From contig CAVQUB010000008.1 of the NCBI GenBank assembly GCA_963716725.1, forward strand, positions 224,001 through 288,000: a stretch of 64,000 nucleotides of DNA, given 5' to 3'. The stretch is from an uncultured delta proteobacterium. Lineage in GTDB: Bacteria; Myxococcota_A; Polyangia; Polyangiales; Polyangiaceae. Made by a program: the position numbers and the translations under genes. Below the pieces are notes generated by a model. It did not search any database and was not told the origin of the DNA. It saw nothing but the letters and a program-made list of their open reading frames with translations. Shown in pieces: positions 1 through 10,033 of this stretch (its first letter is position 1; the number at the start of each line of letters is the position of its first letter).

Positions 1-1499
1 AGAGCGACATCGATCGTGCGATGGTGTCGACGGATTTGGCGCTCGTGCTGCCGAGTCGAGGCGGCAGCGCGAGCGAGAGCATCGACGGCGGATTCACCTG
101 GCGCGAGGTCGAGTTGCCCGCCGACGGCGCGGCCACCGTGGCGCGAGCGCGGACCGAACAGAGCGCGGAGCGCGGGTGTTCCCGCGTGGGCTGCGTCTCG
201 GGCGCCTGGATGCGTGTGGGCTGGCGGGGCCGTACCGAGAGCAGCGACATCGAGGTGGTCGACGCGCCGAAGCACTCGCGCCTGCCGGCGACCCGCGGCG
301 GGCGATGGAACCTCTCCTGCGCGGCCACCGGAGCGACGGCGGGTGCCCGAACGAAGGAGCCGAAGCCGCAAGAGCCCGACGAAGAGGTCGGCATGATCGG
401 CACGCCCGGCAGGTTTGGACACCGTTGGGGTGCCGCCCCGCCGACGGCTTCGGTCGAACTCAAGAGCAGCGACTGGCAGCCCTTCAAGGGCGTCGCGGCG
501 CCCGCCAAGAAACCCACGGAGCTTGGCTTCGACATGGGCACCGAGCACATGGGCGCTCAGGTACGGGCCTACGCCTGGGGAGCGCGCGGAGCCAGCTGGG
601 ATCGCGTGGGCCATTTCGTCTTGCGCGCGCACGATCCCTTCACGCTGGAGCGAGGCGTGTGGTCCACGGCCACCGTTCGCGGGCCCTGGAGCGACGACAC
701 GGCGGCCTCCCAGGTCTTCGGCCGCGACTACAACCAACCGAGTGCGTGGTTTCCCGTCATGGAGCCCTCGGGGCGCGCGGCTGCGATGCTGATCAACGCT
801 CGGGGTACGACGGATCTGCTGCTGCTCGAGGAGGGCCGCGGCGTCGTCACGGTGCAAGATTCAGCGCGCTGGGGCCTGTATCAGCTGTCCGGCGCGGTAA
901 AGGTCGGCAGTACCTGGTACCTCGGCTCGTACGTCGCGGGCAGCAACTTCCGCCTGTTCAAGGTCAACGCTGGTCGGGTCGAGCTGCTCCGCGACTACCC
1001 AATGACCGGCGGCTGGCGGCCCAACACCACGCTGGCCGTGAACTTGGTCCGCAACTCGCGCAGCGACGCCCTGGGCATTTGGGTCGAAGCAAAGCGCACG
1101 CGCGGCACCGGCACCGCTTGGTACGTCTACTCGCTCGATCCGGAGACCGGCGATCCGCTCGACATGCTCTCGATCGATCCGCAGGAGCTCTCGCGGCTGC
1201 CGGCGGCTTGCGTTCAAGGTGCCGACGGTTGGGTGTTGGTCGGTGAGCCACCCGTCGATCCCTACGTCGACTTCCTTCAGCATGCAGACGGCATCCGATC
1301 ACAAGCGGTGCGAGCGAAGATGATCGCGCGACCGCAAGGGCTCTGCGTAGAAGTACTGAGCGCTGAGGCCCAAGCCGATGTACCGGCGCGCATGCCTCGC
1401 GCCGACGGCGCCCTCGCGAGCGGTTCGGAGCCGATCCCGATGGTGCTCGAAGAGCGCGGTCGACTCGGTCGGCGTTGGGGTTTTCGCTGCGTGCGTTAG
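1..1499 (+). CDS. Hypothetical (probably secreted) protein, 5'-truncated by window edge; contains an Asp-box/BNR-like motif
   Basis: Frame is open from the window start to TAG at 1497-1499; motif SESIDGGFTW resembles an Asp-box. Confidence 0.6.
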   Translation, partial: SDIDRAMVSTDLALVLPSRGGSASESIDGGFTWREVELPADGAATVARARTEQSAERGCSRVGCVSGAWMRVGWRGRTESSDIEVVDAPKHSRLPATRGGRWNLSCAATGATAGARTKEPKPQEPDEEVGMIGTPGRFGHRWGAAPPTASVELKSSDWQPFKGVAAPAKKPTELGFDMGTEHMGAQVRAYAWGARGASWDRVGHFVLRAHDPFTLERGVWSTATVRGPWSDDTAASQVFGRDYNQPSAWFPVMEPSGRAAAMLINARGTTDLLLLEEGRGVVTVQDSARWGLYQLSGAVKVGSTWYLGSYVAGSNFRLFKVNAGRVELLRDYPMTGGWRPNTTLAVNLVRNSRSDALGIWVEAKRTRGTGTAWYVYSLDPETGDPLDMLSIDPQELSRLPAACVQGADGWVLVGEPPVDPYVDFLQHADGIRSQAVRAKMIARPQGLCVEVLSAEAQADVPARMPRADGALASGSEPIPMVLEERGRLGRRWGFRCVR

Positions 1500-1766
1500 C
1501 GGGCTTGGACCGCGTCGCATTGCATTCCTGAAAGACGCGTCACGCACTCGCGAAAGCGAGTGACCCACGACATTGATGAGCGCTTCCCAGCATTTGCAAT
1601 TTCTGTCGCAGACTGCTACCTGAATGTTCGTCCGCGTGGAGCGAGGCTGTCCCCCCCCCGGCCCCTTCACGCGGACTCTTTATCGAGAGGGGTGGAGGGG
1701 TGTGAAGCGGGCTCCGAACGGACAAGCGGCCCGAGGACCGCTAACCTCCTCATCTTGGAGGTAGCT

Positions 1767-4638
1767 TTGGCTCGTTCGTTCGTTCGCTTCTTGGTTCCGG
1801 CTGTCGCGCTCTCGGGGGCCGTGCTCGCGGCTAGCTGCACGGATGGTGAGGAAGGCACGACCGGCACGACGAAGCCGACCGTTCCGAAGCCGGCACCGGG
1901 TGAGATTCTGCGAGTGGCCTCCCACTCCGGAGTACGTCGCGCTTCAGGTGCAGCCTTCGTTCACTGTGCTCGCGCCGGGGCAGACGCGCGAGTTAGACCT
2001 GATCGTCGAGCCCGACGTGTGTGTGCCGACCAAGCTCACCTTCGAGAGCAGCGACCCCAGTGTGGTCGCGGCTCCTTCCCCGCAGCTGCTTTATTTCTCC
2101 AAGGCCAAAGCCCGGGTCCAGGTCATTGGCGGGGGCGTTGGGCAGGCCACGCTCACGGCGCACTTCCCGCGCGGAGACGGCACTGATGTCACCCTCGAGA
2201 TCCCCGTCGAGGTGATGACCACGGACATTCCCACGTGCAGCGGGAGTGGCGCCGGCAAGCTCGACGACGGCAAGACAGTGAAGGGCAGCGGCGGCCTCGC
2301 GGGAGCGAGCATCGGGCTCCAGGTCGGTGCGACTCAGCCCAACTCGGGCAGCACCCTCTGGTCGGACATCAAACCTTTCGACGTCACCATCGCTTGCGCC
2401 AAGGACCAACTCCCAGCCGGTTACACCGCGCTCGGCCCCGCCGTCAGTTTCGGCCCCGTCGGCACGCGGCTGCAGCGCGAGATCCCCTTCAGCGTCCCGA
2501 TGAACCCCGCGGTGATGCCCGACGCGGCGACGCTGCGGCACGTCACCGTCAGCTACACCGGTCCGCGCGCCAAGAAGCCTCGAGCCATCCCCATCGCGAA
2601 TCCGCGCATCGTGCGCACCGGCGCCGGCTACAGCCTCGAGTTCCTCGCGCCTTGGCTCGGCACCTATCAGGCGGTCGTGCAGACCGCGGGCGGCACCAAG
2701 AAGCGCACACGCCGGCTCACGCACCGCGCGCTGGTCGGGATCTCCATGGGCGGCGGCGGCACCGCGATGTTCGGCATGCGCAACCATGACCGCTTCGACG
2801 TGCTCGCGCCCCTCGGGGGTCCCGTCGACTGGACCTGGATGCTGGGTCACATCTATCGAAACCACCTCGGGGGCTGGTTGCCGAACGACGGGACGACGCC
2901 GCCGACGGAGCTCGCGCCGATGCCGACGGCGACGCTGCCCTACGAGCACCCGAGCACCTTCAACCAGTGGTGGTACGAGTACCCGAAGAACGGCAACGGC
3001 GGCAGCTTCCCCCGCGCCGAGTACGTGCAGATCTTCCGGGACCTCGCCCTGATGTTCGGAAATCCGAACAGCTACAATCCGGCCAAGGGCGCGGAGAACC
3101 TGCCCGCCGGCATCCCGCCGGACGACAAGTCGGTCGTGGGCGATCACCCCGGACGACAGTGCGCGGTCACGGTCGATCCGCTCGACGGCCCCGACAAAGA
3201 GAAGCAGGAAGAGCTCGACAAGAACTGCCCCATCGAACGATGCAGTCACGTCAAGACGCTGTCCGGCTACTACGACGACGAGTTCAACCCGAAGGGCACC
3301 TTTCCCGTCATCACGGTCTGCGACGGCTCCGCGCAAGACTCGGCACTCTCGCCCTACGCCAACACCTGGAAGCCCGAGAACAACAACAAGCCCCTCGAGC
3401 TGGCCCTGGCCGTCGACTACAACGGCAACGGTGTTCGCGACCTGAACGAGCCGCTCTTGCGCCAAGGCCACGAGGTCTACGACGACGTCGGCGAAGACGG
3501 CCTGCCGAGCACCAAAGAGCCCGGCTACGAAGCCGGCGTGAACGAAGATCCCGCCGGGGACGACTGGGAGCCGCAGTACAATCCGGCCGGCCTCGAGGGA
3601 AACTACCGCTGGGACACCGGCGAGCCCTTCAAGGACGACGGTCTGGACGGGGTGCCCAACACCAAGAGCAGCCCCTACGACTTTGGCGAGGGCAACGGCA
3701 AGTTCGACTACGCGCCCGGTTATCGCACCTTTCTCGAGCGCGACTCGCGCACCGTCATCGAGCAGCACGCCCTCGGCACCCACGCCAAGCCTCTCGACGA
3801 CGCTGCCCTCGCGCGCCTCGACTTGTGGACCGACGGCGGCACCCGCGACTTGTTCAACTTCGCGGTGGATGCTGCGGCGTTGACCGGCGCGTGGTCAGCT
3901 CGCGACCGCATCTCGCACTACTACATCGAGTCGCATCGCATCCCAGGACAGAACCCGAACGACCCCAAGGTCTTCTTCGGCAACCGCTTCGACTGGAGCT
4001 CCATCCCAGGCGGCGTGTTCTTGCGCTACGGCAAGATCGATCCTGCGCAGAAGGACATCGAAAACGGTTCGGGTCAGCACGTCGGGACCGTCGACGAGAT
4101 CGCGCGCCGCTTGCAGTCGGCGCTCTACTACATCGGTAGCCGCTGGCCCGACGCGCCGCGCAGTCACGACGAGGAGAGCCTGGTGGATCCCGCCGATGGA
4201 GCAGAGACCTGCGAGGTGGTCGGCGCATGTGACTGGGAGTTCACCGACTCCCGGGGCCGAAAGGGGCCGGTCAGCGTGAACCTGCCGCCGGGCTACGCGC
4301 ACAAAGATCTTCAGAACAAGCGCTACCCGGTCATCTTCTTGCTGCACGGCTACGGTCAGACGCCCGAAGACCTGAAGGCGGCGATCATCTTCCTCAAGAA
4401 CTGGATGAACTTCCCCACCGACTCCCACGCCACGCGCCTGCCCAAGGCCATCATGGTCTACGTGGATGGTCGCTGCCGGCCCGGTAAAGACGAGGCGGAG
4501 TGCATCCGCGGCACCTTCTACACCGACAGCGTGCGCGAGCACGGCCCCAAGACCGAGAGCTGGTTCCTCGAGCTGATGGACGCGGTCGACAAGAAGTACC
4601 GCACGCAGGGCCCGAGCGAGATCGATTGGGTGGAGTGA
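1767..4638 (+). CDS. Lipoprotein alpha/beta-hydrolase (esterase-like, circularly permuted); apparent +1 frameshift near 1905
   Basis: GGAGG at 1757-1761 and TTG at 1767 give MARSFVRFLVPAVALSGAVLAASC (lipobox) in one frame; the body with GISMGG and YPVIFLLHGYG is in the 1843..4638 frame. Confidence 0.75.
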
Positions 4639-4892
4639 TGTTGGTCCAGTGCCCAGACTGCCAGCGCCACGTGCGAGTCTCCGAGACGGAGTGCCCGTTC
4701 TGTGCGAATCCCAGCGGCGGCACCGGTCGACGACGTGCGCTCAAGGTGGTGCTCGCCGGCGCTGCCGGCGTCGCCGCCATGACCATCGGCATCGGCTGCG
4801 CCTACGGAATGCCGCCCGAGGATCCGGCCGATGCGGACGTGGACGCTGACGCCGGGATCGAGGACGCGCCCGACGACGCTCCAGGTCAATGA
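4638..4892 (+). CDS. Putative radical-SAM substrate peptide (84 aa): Zn ribbon, hydrophobic segment, C-AYG-MPP, acidic tail
   Basis: TGATG overlap with the upstream stop; CPDC..CPFC, RRR plus hydrophobic stretch, GIGCAYGMPP; ATGA overlap with the rSAM gene. Confidence 0.8.
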   Translation: MLVQCPDCQRHVRVSETECPFCANPSGGTGRRRALKVVLAGAAGVAAMTIGIGCAYGMPPEDPADADVDADAGIEDAPDDAPGQ

Positions 4893-6046
4893 GACGCGCC
4901 GCTGTCGGCGAAGCGCCGCGCCCCATCTACGTGGTGTGGGAGATCACCCTCGCCTGTGATCTCGCCTGCGGCCACTGCGGCTCGCGTGCGGGCAAGGCAA
5001 GGTCCGACGAGCTGTCCACCGCCGAGGCCCTCGACGTGGTGCGGCAGCTCGCCGAGCTCGGCACCGAGGAGATCACGCTGATCGGCGGCGAGGCTTATTT
5101 GCGGAAGGACTGGGCGACACTGGCCCGCGCCATCGTGGACGCCGGCATGCGCTGCGGCATGACCACCGCGGGTCGGGGCTTTGGCGCGCATCACGCGGCC
5201 GCCGCCCGAGACGCCGGCGTCTCGGCCATCAGCATCTCCCTCGACGGCCTGCGCGCGGCCCACGATCGGCAGCGCGTCTTCGGCAGCTTCGAGCGGGCCC
5301 TCGGCGCCATGCGCTTCATCCGCGCGGCGGGCCTCGGGCTCAACGCCAACACTCAGCTCAATCGGCTCAGCGTGCCAGATCTCGACGGCGTACTCGAGCT
5401 GCTGATCACCGAAGGCGCCCGCGGCTGGCAGCTGCAGATGACCGTGCCCATGGGGCGCGCGGTCGACAATCACGAATGGCTGCTCCAGCCCTGGGAGCTC
5501 CGCGAACTCTATCCGCGCCTCGCAGTTCTCGCCGAGCGCGGGCGAGCGGCCGGCGTCGCCTTCTGGCCCGCCAACAACATCGGATATTTCGGCCCCCACG
5601 AGAGCACGCTGCGCAACCGCGGTGCGCCCGGGGCGATGGTTTGGCACGGCTGCAACGCTGGCGTTTACGCCCTGGGCGTCGAGGCCGACGGCAGCATCAA
5701 GGGCTGCCCCTCGCTGCCGACGGATCACTACGTCGGAGGCAACGTGCGTGAGCGCTCGCTGCGCCAGATCTGGGACGACGCCTGCGAACTCCGCTTCATG
5801 CGCGACGAATCGCCGCGCGACCTCTGGGGTTTCTGCGCCAGCTGCTACTACGCAGAAGAGTGTCGCGGCGGCTGCACCTGGACCGCGCACACCTTCTTCG
5901 GCCGCGGGGGCAACAACCCCTATTGTCACCACCGCGCCCTCGAGCACGCGGCGCGCGGCTTGCGTGAGCGGCTCACGCCCGTGGCCGCCGCACCGGGGCT
6001 GCCCTTCGATCACGGTCGCTTCGAGATCGTGGTCGAGCCGGCTTGA
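4889..6046 (+). CDS. Radical SAM/SPASM peptide maturase, PlpX (splicease)-like
   Basis: WEITLACDLACGHCGSRAG (CxxxCxxC), IGGE, SPASM cysteines GCNAG, IKGCPSL, CASC..ECRGGC, NNPYCHHR. Confidence 0.9.
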   Translation: MRRAAVGEAPRPIYVVWEITLACDLACGHCGSRAGKARSDELSTAEALDVVRQLAELGTEEITLIGGEAYLRKDWATLARAIVDAGMRCGMTTAGRGFGAHHAAAARDAGVSAISISLDGLRAAHDRQRVFGSFERALGAMRFIRAAGLGLNANTQLNRLSVPDLDGVLELLITEGARGWQLQMTVPMGRAVDNHEWLLQPWELRELYPRLAVLAERGRAAGVAFWPANNIGYFGPHESTLRNRGAPGAMVWHGCNAGVYALGVEADGSIKGCPSLPTDHYVGGNVRERSLRQIWDDACELRFMRDESPRDLWGFCASCYYAEECRGGCTWTAHTFFGRGGNNPYCHHRALEHAARGLRERLTPVAAAPGLPFDHGRFEIVVEPA

Positions 6047-6844
6047 TCAGAGCGCAGCGACGAGGGCCCGGATCACGGCCTCGGCGAAGACCGCGCGCGT
6101 CTCGGGCTCGTCCCACCGCCGGGCTTCGCGATCGTCCAGGGCGTTGTGAGTCTCGATGATCACCGAAGGGATCTTGGGTCTCCAGAGCACGAAGACGCGC
6201 TCCGTGGCCGCGCGACGATCCACGAACACGCCGCGCTGCACGTCGTCAGCCGCGTAGGTCGGCGCGTACTCGGCGCCGGCGTAGGCCAGGAACCCGGACT
6301 GCTCCAGCGATCGACCGAGGGCCCGCGCGATCCCGACCCGCGCACCTATCGCGCTCGGCTCACCGTGATCCGACCAGAGTACCGACAGCCCCGGCGCCGA
6401 CCGGCTCCGCGAGCAGCTGGTCCCCGGTTCGGGTTGCCAGAGCTCGGTCTTACCGCGCACGTCGGAGTGCAGGCTCAGGAATACGTCCGCGGGCCAGGCC
6501 TCGGCCTCACGGATGCGCTCTCCGTAGGGAACGAGCTGATCGTTCCGGCGCGTGAGCTTGACGTCGAAGTGGCCAGTTCGGCTGAGCGCGGTCGCCAGAT
6601 CTTCGGCCAGAGCCAGCGTGAAGCTCTGTTCATCGCGGCAGAAGGCGTTCTTGTTTCCGGTGTTGCCTGGCGCGCCGTGTCCCGGGTCGACAACGACGCG
6701 GCGGGTGCCGAAGTTCACCGGGATCGTCGCGGTCGCCGGGTGCAGCTTGGCGTCGGGCCAGACCTCGGGCTCGAGCGCGCGGCCCAACGCCCAGCTCGAC
6801 AGCGCGAGCCCCGCGACCAACCCGAGAACCGCCGCCTTCCGCAC
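6047..6844 (-). CDS. N-acetylmuramoyl-L-alanine amidase (Amidase_3)
   Basis: Signal peptide; VVVDPGHG..E, FLSLHSD, PSVIIE zinc-amidase motifs. Confidence 0.85.
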   Translation of the reverse strand: MRKAAVLGLVAGLALSSWALGRALEPEVWPDAKLHPATATIPVNFGTRRVVVDPGHGAPGNTGNKNAFCRDEQSFTLALAEDLATALSRTGHFDVKLTRRNDQLVPYGERIREAEAWPADVFLSLHSDVRGKTELWQPEPGTSCSRSRSAPGLSVLWSDHGEPSAIGARVGIARALGRSLEQSGFLAYAGAEYAPTYAADDVQRGVFVDRRAATERVFVLWRPKIPSVIIETHNALDDREARRWDEPETRAVFAEAVIRALVAAL

Positions 6845-6914
6845 GACCGTGGCGGAATCATCGCCCAGGCCCCGGTCGATTCACGAGTTTGTGACGAAAT
6901 CCGGATCGCGCCGC

Positions 6915-7376
6915 TCACGGGCTCACGAACACCGCCATACCGACGCCGAAGATCAGGATGCCTGCCTCGAGGATCCAAAACAGCAGCCAGATCCCACCAA
7001 AGATGCCGCCCATGATCATGCCCACCAGCGCCAGGGTGGCGTTGTTGCCGGTGTCGTTCTCTTCCTTGGCCTTCTGACGTGCGCGGTTGCCGAAATAGAG
7101 CGCAGCAAAGCCCATCGGGAAACAGGTCGTCGACATGGTGGCGATGGCGAGCACGAGGGCGATGACGGCGTCGGAGTTCGTGGGCTTGGACGGGGTGCCG
7201 AAGGGTGCGCCGTAGGTCCCCGGAGGCGGTGGAACGAAACCCATCGGTCCTCCGGGCGGCGGGCCGCCGGGCGGAACACCGGGCGGAACACCTGGGGAAC
7301 CCCACGACGGACCGCCGGGCGGAACCCCCGGGGGACCTCCCGGGGGGCCCCAGGGCGGGCCAGGCGGCGGTTGCAT
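6915..7376 (-). CDS. Pro/Gly-rich membrane protein (DUF4190-like)
   Basis: PPGG repeats followed by two hydrophobic helices (N..AVIALVL; ALVGMIMGGI). Confidence 0.65.
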   Translation of the reverse strand: MQPPPGPPWGPPGGPPGVPPGGPSWGSPGVPPGVPPGGPPPGGPMGFVPPPPGTYGAPFGTPSKPTNSDAVIALVLAIATMSTTCFPMGFAALYFGNRARQKAKEENDTGNNATLALVGMIMGGIFGGIWLLFWILEAGILIFGVGMAVFVSP

Positions 7377-7377
7377 C

Positions 7378-8214
7378 TCAGCTCCGCTCCAGCTTCTTGG
7401 CCATCTGCTCGCCCAGCTGAGTCGCGCGCAATGTCGCGCTCTCGACGGCGTCGATCAGGGTGCGCCTGAGCCCACCGGCCTCCAGGGTGTGCAGGCCCGC
7501 GATGGCCGTTCCCCCCGGGCTGGTGACCATGTCCTTGAGGCGGCCCGGGTGCTCACCGGTATCGAGCAGGAGCTTGGCGGAGCCGTAGACCGTCTGCGCG
7601 GCGAGCAAGAGCGCGGTGTCGCGGTGGAGTCCGACCTTCACGCCTCCGTCGGCCATCGCCTCGATCATCAACATGACGTAGGCGGGGCCGCTGCCCGACA
7701 ATCCCGTGACCGCGTCGATCAACGACTCGTCGAGGACCACGCTGCGCCCGGTCGCGTCGAACAAGGTCTTGGCCAGGGCCACGTCTTCGTCGGTGGCGTG
7801 CGCTCCAGGTGCGATGCCGGTCGCGCCCGCGAGCACGATCGACGCGGTGTTGGGCATGGCGCGGACCACTCGGACACCGGTGTGCAGCCGCGACTCGATG
7901 GAACGAATCGGCACACCGGCGGCGATGGAAATCACCAGCGTGTCGGCCCGGATGCTGCCTCCGATCTCGTCGAGCACCCGGTCGATGACCTGTGGCTTGA
8001 CCGACAGCACCAGCAAGTCGGCCCAGGCCACCAGCTCTGCGTTGTCTTGGGTGGTCCCGATGCCGTGGAGCTTGGAGAGCTCGTCGAGACGCTCTCTGCG
8101 CACGTCGCTGACCCGCACGCGTGCGGGGTCCACCGTGCCCGACGCGAGCAGACCCCGGATCAGCGCCCCGGCCATGTTGCCCGCGCCGATCATCCCGACG
8201 TTCTTGGTCTTCAC
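7378..8214 (-). CDS. proC: Pyrroline-5-carboxylate reductase
   Basis: GMIGAGNMA, RAMPNT, TGLSGSGPAY, VTSPGGT; start set at GTG 8214. Confidence 0.95.
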   Translation of the reverse strand: MKTKNVGMIGAGNMAGALIRGLLASGTVDPARVRVSDVRRERLDELSKLHGIGTTQDNAELVAWADLLVLSVKPQVIDRVLDEIGGSIRADTLVISIAAGVPIRSIESRLHTGVRVVRAMPNTASIVLAGATGIAPGAHATDEDVALAKTLFDATGRSVVLDESLIDAVTGLSGSGPAYVMLMIEAMADGGVKVGLHRDTALLLAAQTVYGSAKLLLDTGEHPGRLKDMVTSPGGTAIAGLHTLEAGGLRRTLIDAVESATLRATQLGEQMAKKLERS

Positions 8215-8255
8215 GCGGCGTAGAATCGTCGAGTCGCGGGCCTCGGGCAAGGGCT

Positions 8256-8942
8256 TCAGAGGCCGAAGCGGGTCAGCGCGGCCCTCACCTCGGCGGCGTC
8301 GCGAGCCCGGAGTACGCCTTCTGGGAGCGCGCGATCGTCGCTGGGAGCAAACCAGACGGCGCGGGCCCCGACGCCGAGCGCACCGACGACGTCGGCGTCC
8401 CATGCGTCGCCCACGTGGATCATGGCCGAGGTCGGCACCCTCAGGCGTTCGGCGGTCCACTCGAAGATGGCCGGCTCGGGCTTCTCGATGCCCAGCACCC
8501 CCGAGTCGGCGAAGGCGCTGAAGCAGTCACGAATGCCCAGCTCGGTGCAGAGTTCGTTGAGTTTGCCCTCGCTGTTCGACACGACGCCCAACGGGACCTT
8601 CGGGTCGCAGAGATCGCGGACCAACTCGAACATGCCGGCGATGGGTCGGCGCCACAGGTTGGTCGACGGCTGCTCGGTCCAGAGCCACTCGGCGAGATCG
8701 CCTGCGGCCGACCGCGGTTCGACCCCGGAGCGTTCGAGCAAGGTGCGCATGAACGTGCACCAAGCGTCGTGGGCGACCAACCCTTGGCGTTTCGCCGCGC
8801 CATAGGCAGCCCAGGCCGCGGCGCTCTCCCCTTGGGCGCGCGAAGCGTCGAGCCCTGCGCCGCGCTCGGCCACGCGGTTCGCGAGCAGATCCAGATCGAG
8901 CTCCGCGAGGGTTTGTCCAAAGTCGAAGGTGACGGCGATCAT
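8256..8942 (-). CDS. HAD-family hydrolase
   Basis: FDFGQTL motif I, VVSN, EKPEPAIF, HVGD..DVVGA. Confidence 0.85.
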   Translation of the reverse strand: MIAVTFDFGQTLAELDLDLLANRVAERGAGLDASRAQGESAAAWAAYGAAKRQGLVAHDAWCTFMRTLLERSGVEPRSAAGDLAEWLWTEQPSTNLWRRPIAGMFELVRDLCDPKVPLGVVSNSEGKLNELCTELGIRDCFSAFADSGVLGIEKPEPAIFEWTAERLRVPTSAMIHVGDAWDADVVGALGVGARAVWFAPSDDRALPEGVLRARDAAEVRAALTRFGL

Positions 8943-10033
8943 TCGAACAGGCTCTTCAGCTTCTCCACGAAGGTCCTCTGCTTCGGCTGCACGTCTTCGC
9001 CCAGCTCTTTGCCCAGCTCGACCAAGAGCTCCCGTGCCCGCTCCGAGAGTTCGGTGGGCACTTCGACGCTGATTTCGACCAGCTGATCCCCCCGACCTGC
9101 CCGCAGGCGATGCGGCAGCCCTTTGCCTTTGATGCGTAGCACGGTGCCAGGCTGCGTCGCGGGCGGAACGCGCAGCTTCACTTTGCCATCGAGCGTCGGC
9201 ACCTCGACGTCACCCCCGACCGCGGCTTGCACGAAGCTGACGGGCACCACGCACACGACGTGGTCGCCGTCGCGGTGAAAGAGCGGGTGCGGCGCGACCT
9301 CGACGATGATCTCGAGATCCCCCGGCGGGCGATCTGCGCTGGTCCGGCTGCCGCCTCCTTCGACGGTGCGGTTCGAGCCCGAGTCGACGCCCGCTGGGAT
9401 GCTCACCTCGACGCTTCGGGTCTTCTTGCCGAGGCCCGCGCCCGAGCAACGCTTGCAGGGACTGCTTGGCAGCTGCCCCGTCCCCCGACAGCGCGAGCAC
9501 GGCCGTTCGAGCGCGATGGGAAACATTGCTTGTTGGAAGCGCACGCGACCGCGTCCGCTGCAGGCGCCGCAGCTCGTGACGCTGGCGCCGGGCTCCGCGC
9601 CGCTGCCTTTGCACTCATCGCAGCGATCGAGGACGTCGACTTGCACGACCTTCTCGCAGCCGCGCGCGGCCTCCTCGAAGCTGAGCTCGAGGGCGACCCG
9701 CAGGTTGCCGCGATCGCCCCCGCGGATCCCCATGGCCGCCAAGATGTCGCCGAACATGCCGTCGAAGCCACCGAGGTCAACGAAGGGCATGCCCCCGGGC
9801 CCCGCCCCGCCGGGTCGGAACGCCGCCTCGCCGTAGCGCTCCCAGGCCGCGCGCTTCTGCGGGTCGCTCAGGATTTGGTAGGCCTGATTGAGCTCGGTGA
9901 ACCGGTCGTGGGCCGCGGGGTCGCCGGGATTGCGATCGGGGTGGTGCTGCGCCGCCAACCGGCGAAACGCGGTCTTCAGCTCCGCGTCGCTCGCCCCTCG
10001 CCCGACGCCGAGCACCTCGTGAGGATCGCGCAC
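8939..10033 (-). CDS. dnaJ: Chaperone DnaJ
   Basis: J-domain HPD, G/F region, four CxxCxGxG repeats, C-terminal domain; start set at GTG 10033. Confidence 0.93.
   Translation of the reverse strand: MRDPHEVLGVGRGASDAELKTAFRRLAAQHHPDRNPGDPAAHDRFTELNQAYQILSDPQKRAAWERYGEAAFRPGGAGPGGMPFVDLGGFDGMFGDILAAMGIRGGDRGNLRVALELSFEEAARGCEKVVQVDVLDRCDECKGSGAEPGASVTSCGACSGRGRVRFQQAMFPIALERPCSRCRGTGQLPSSPCKRCSGAGLGKKTRSVEVSIPAGVDSGSNRTVEGGGSRTSADRPPGDLEIIVEVAPHPLFHRDGDHVVCVVPVSFVQAAVGGDVEVPTLDGKVKLRVPPATQPGTVLRIKGKGLPHRLRAGRGDQLVEISVEVPTELSERARELLVELGKELGEDVQPKQRTFVEKLKSLFE

Noticed and set aside
1993..3783. 596-aa minus-strand ORF
   Set aside because: Antisense shadow of the hydrolase
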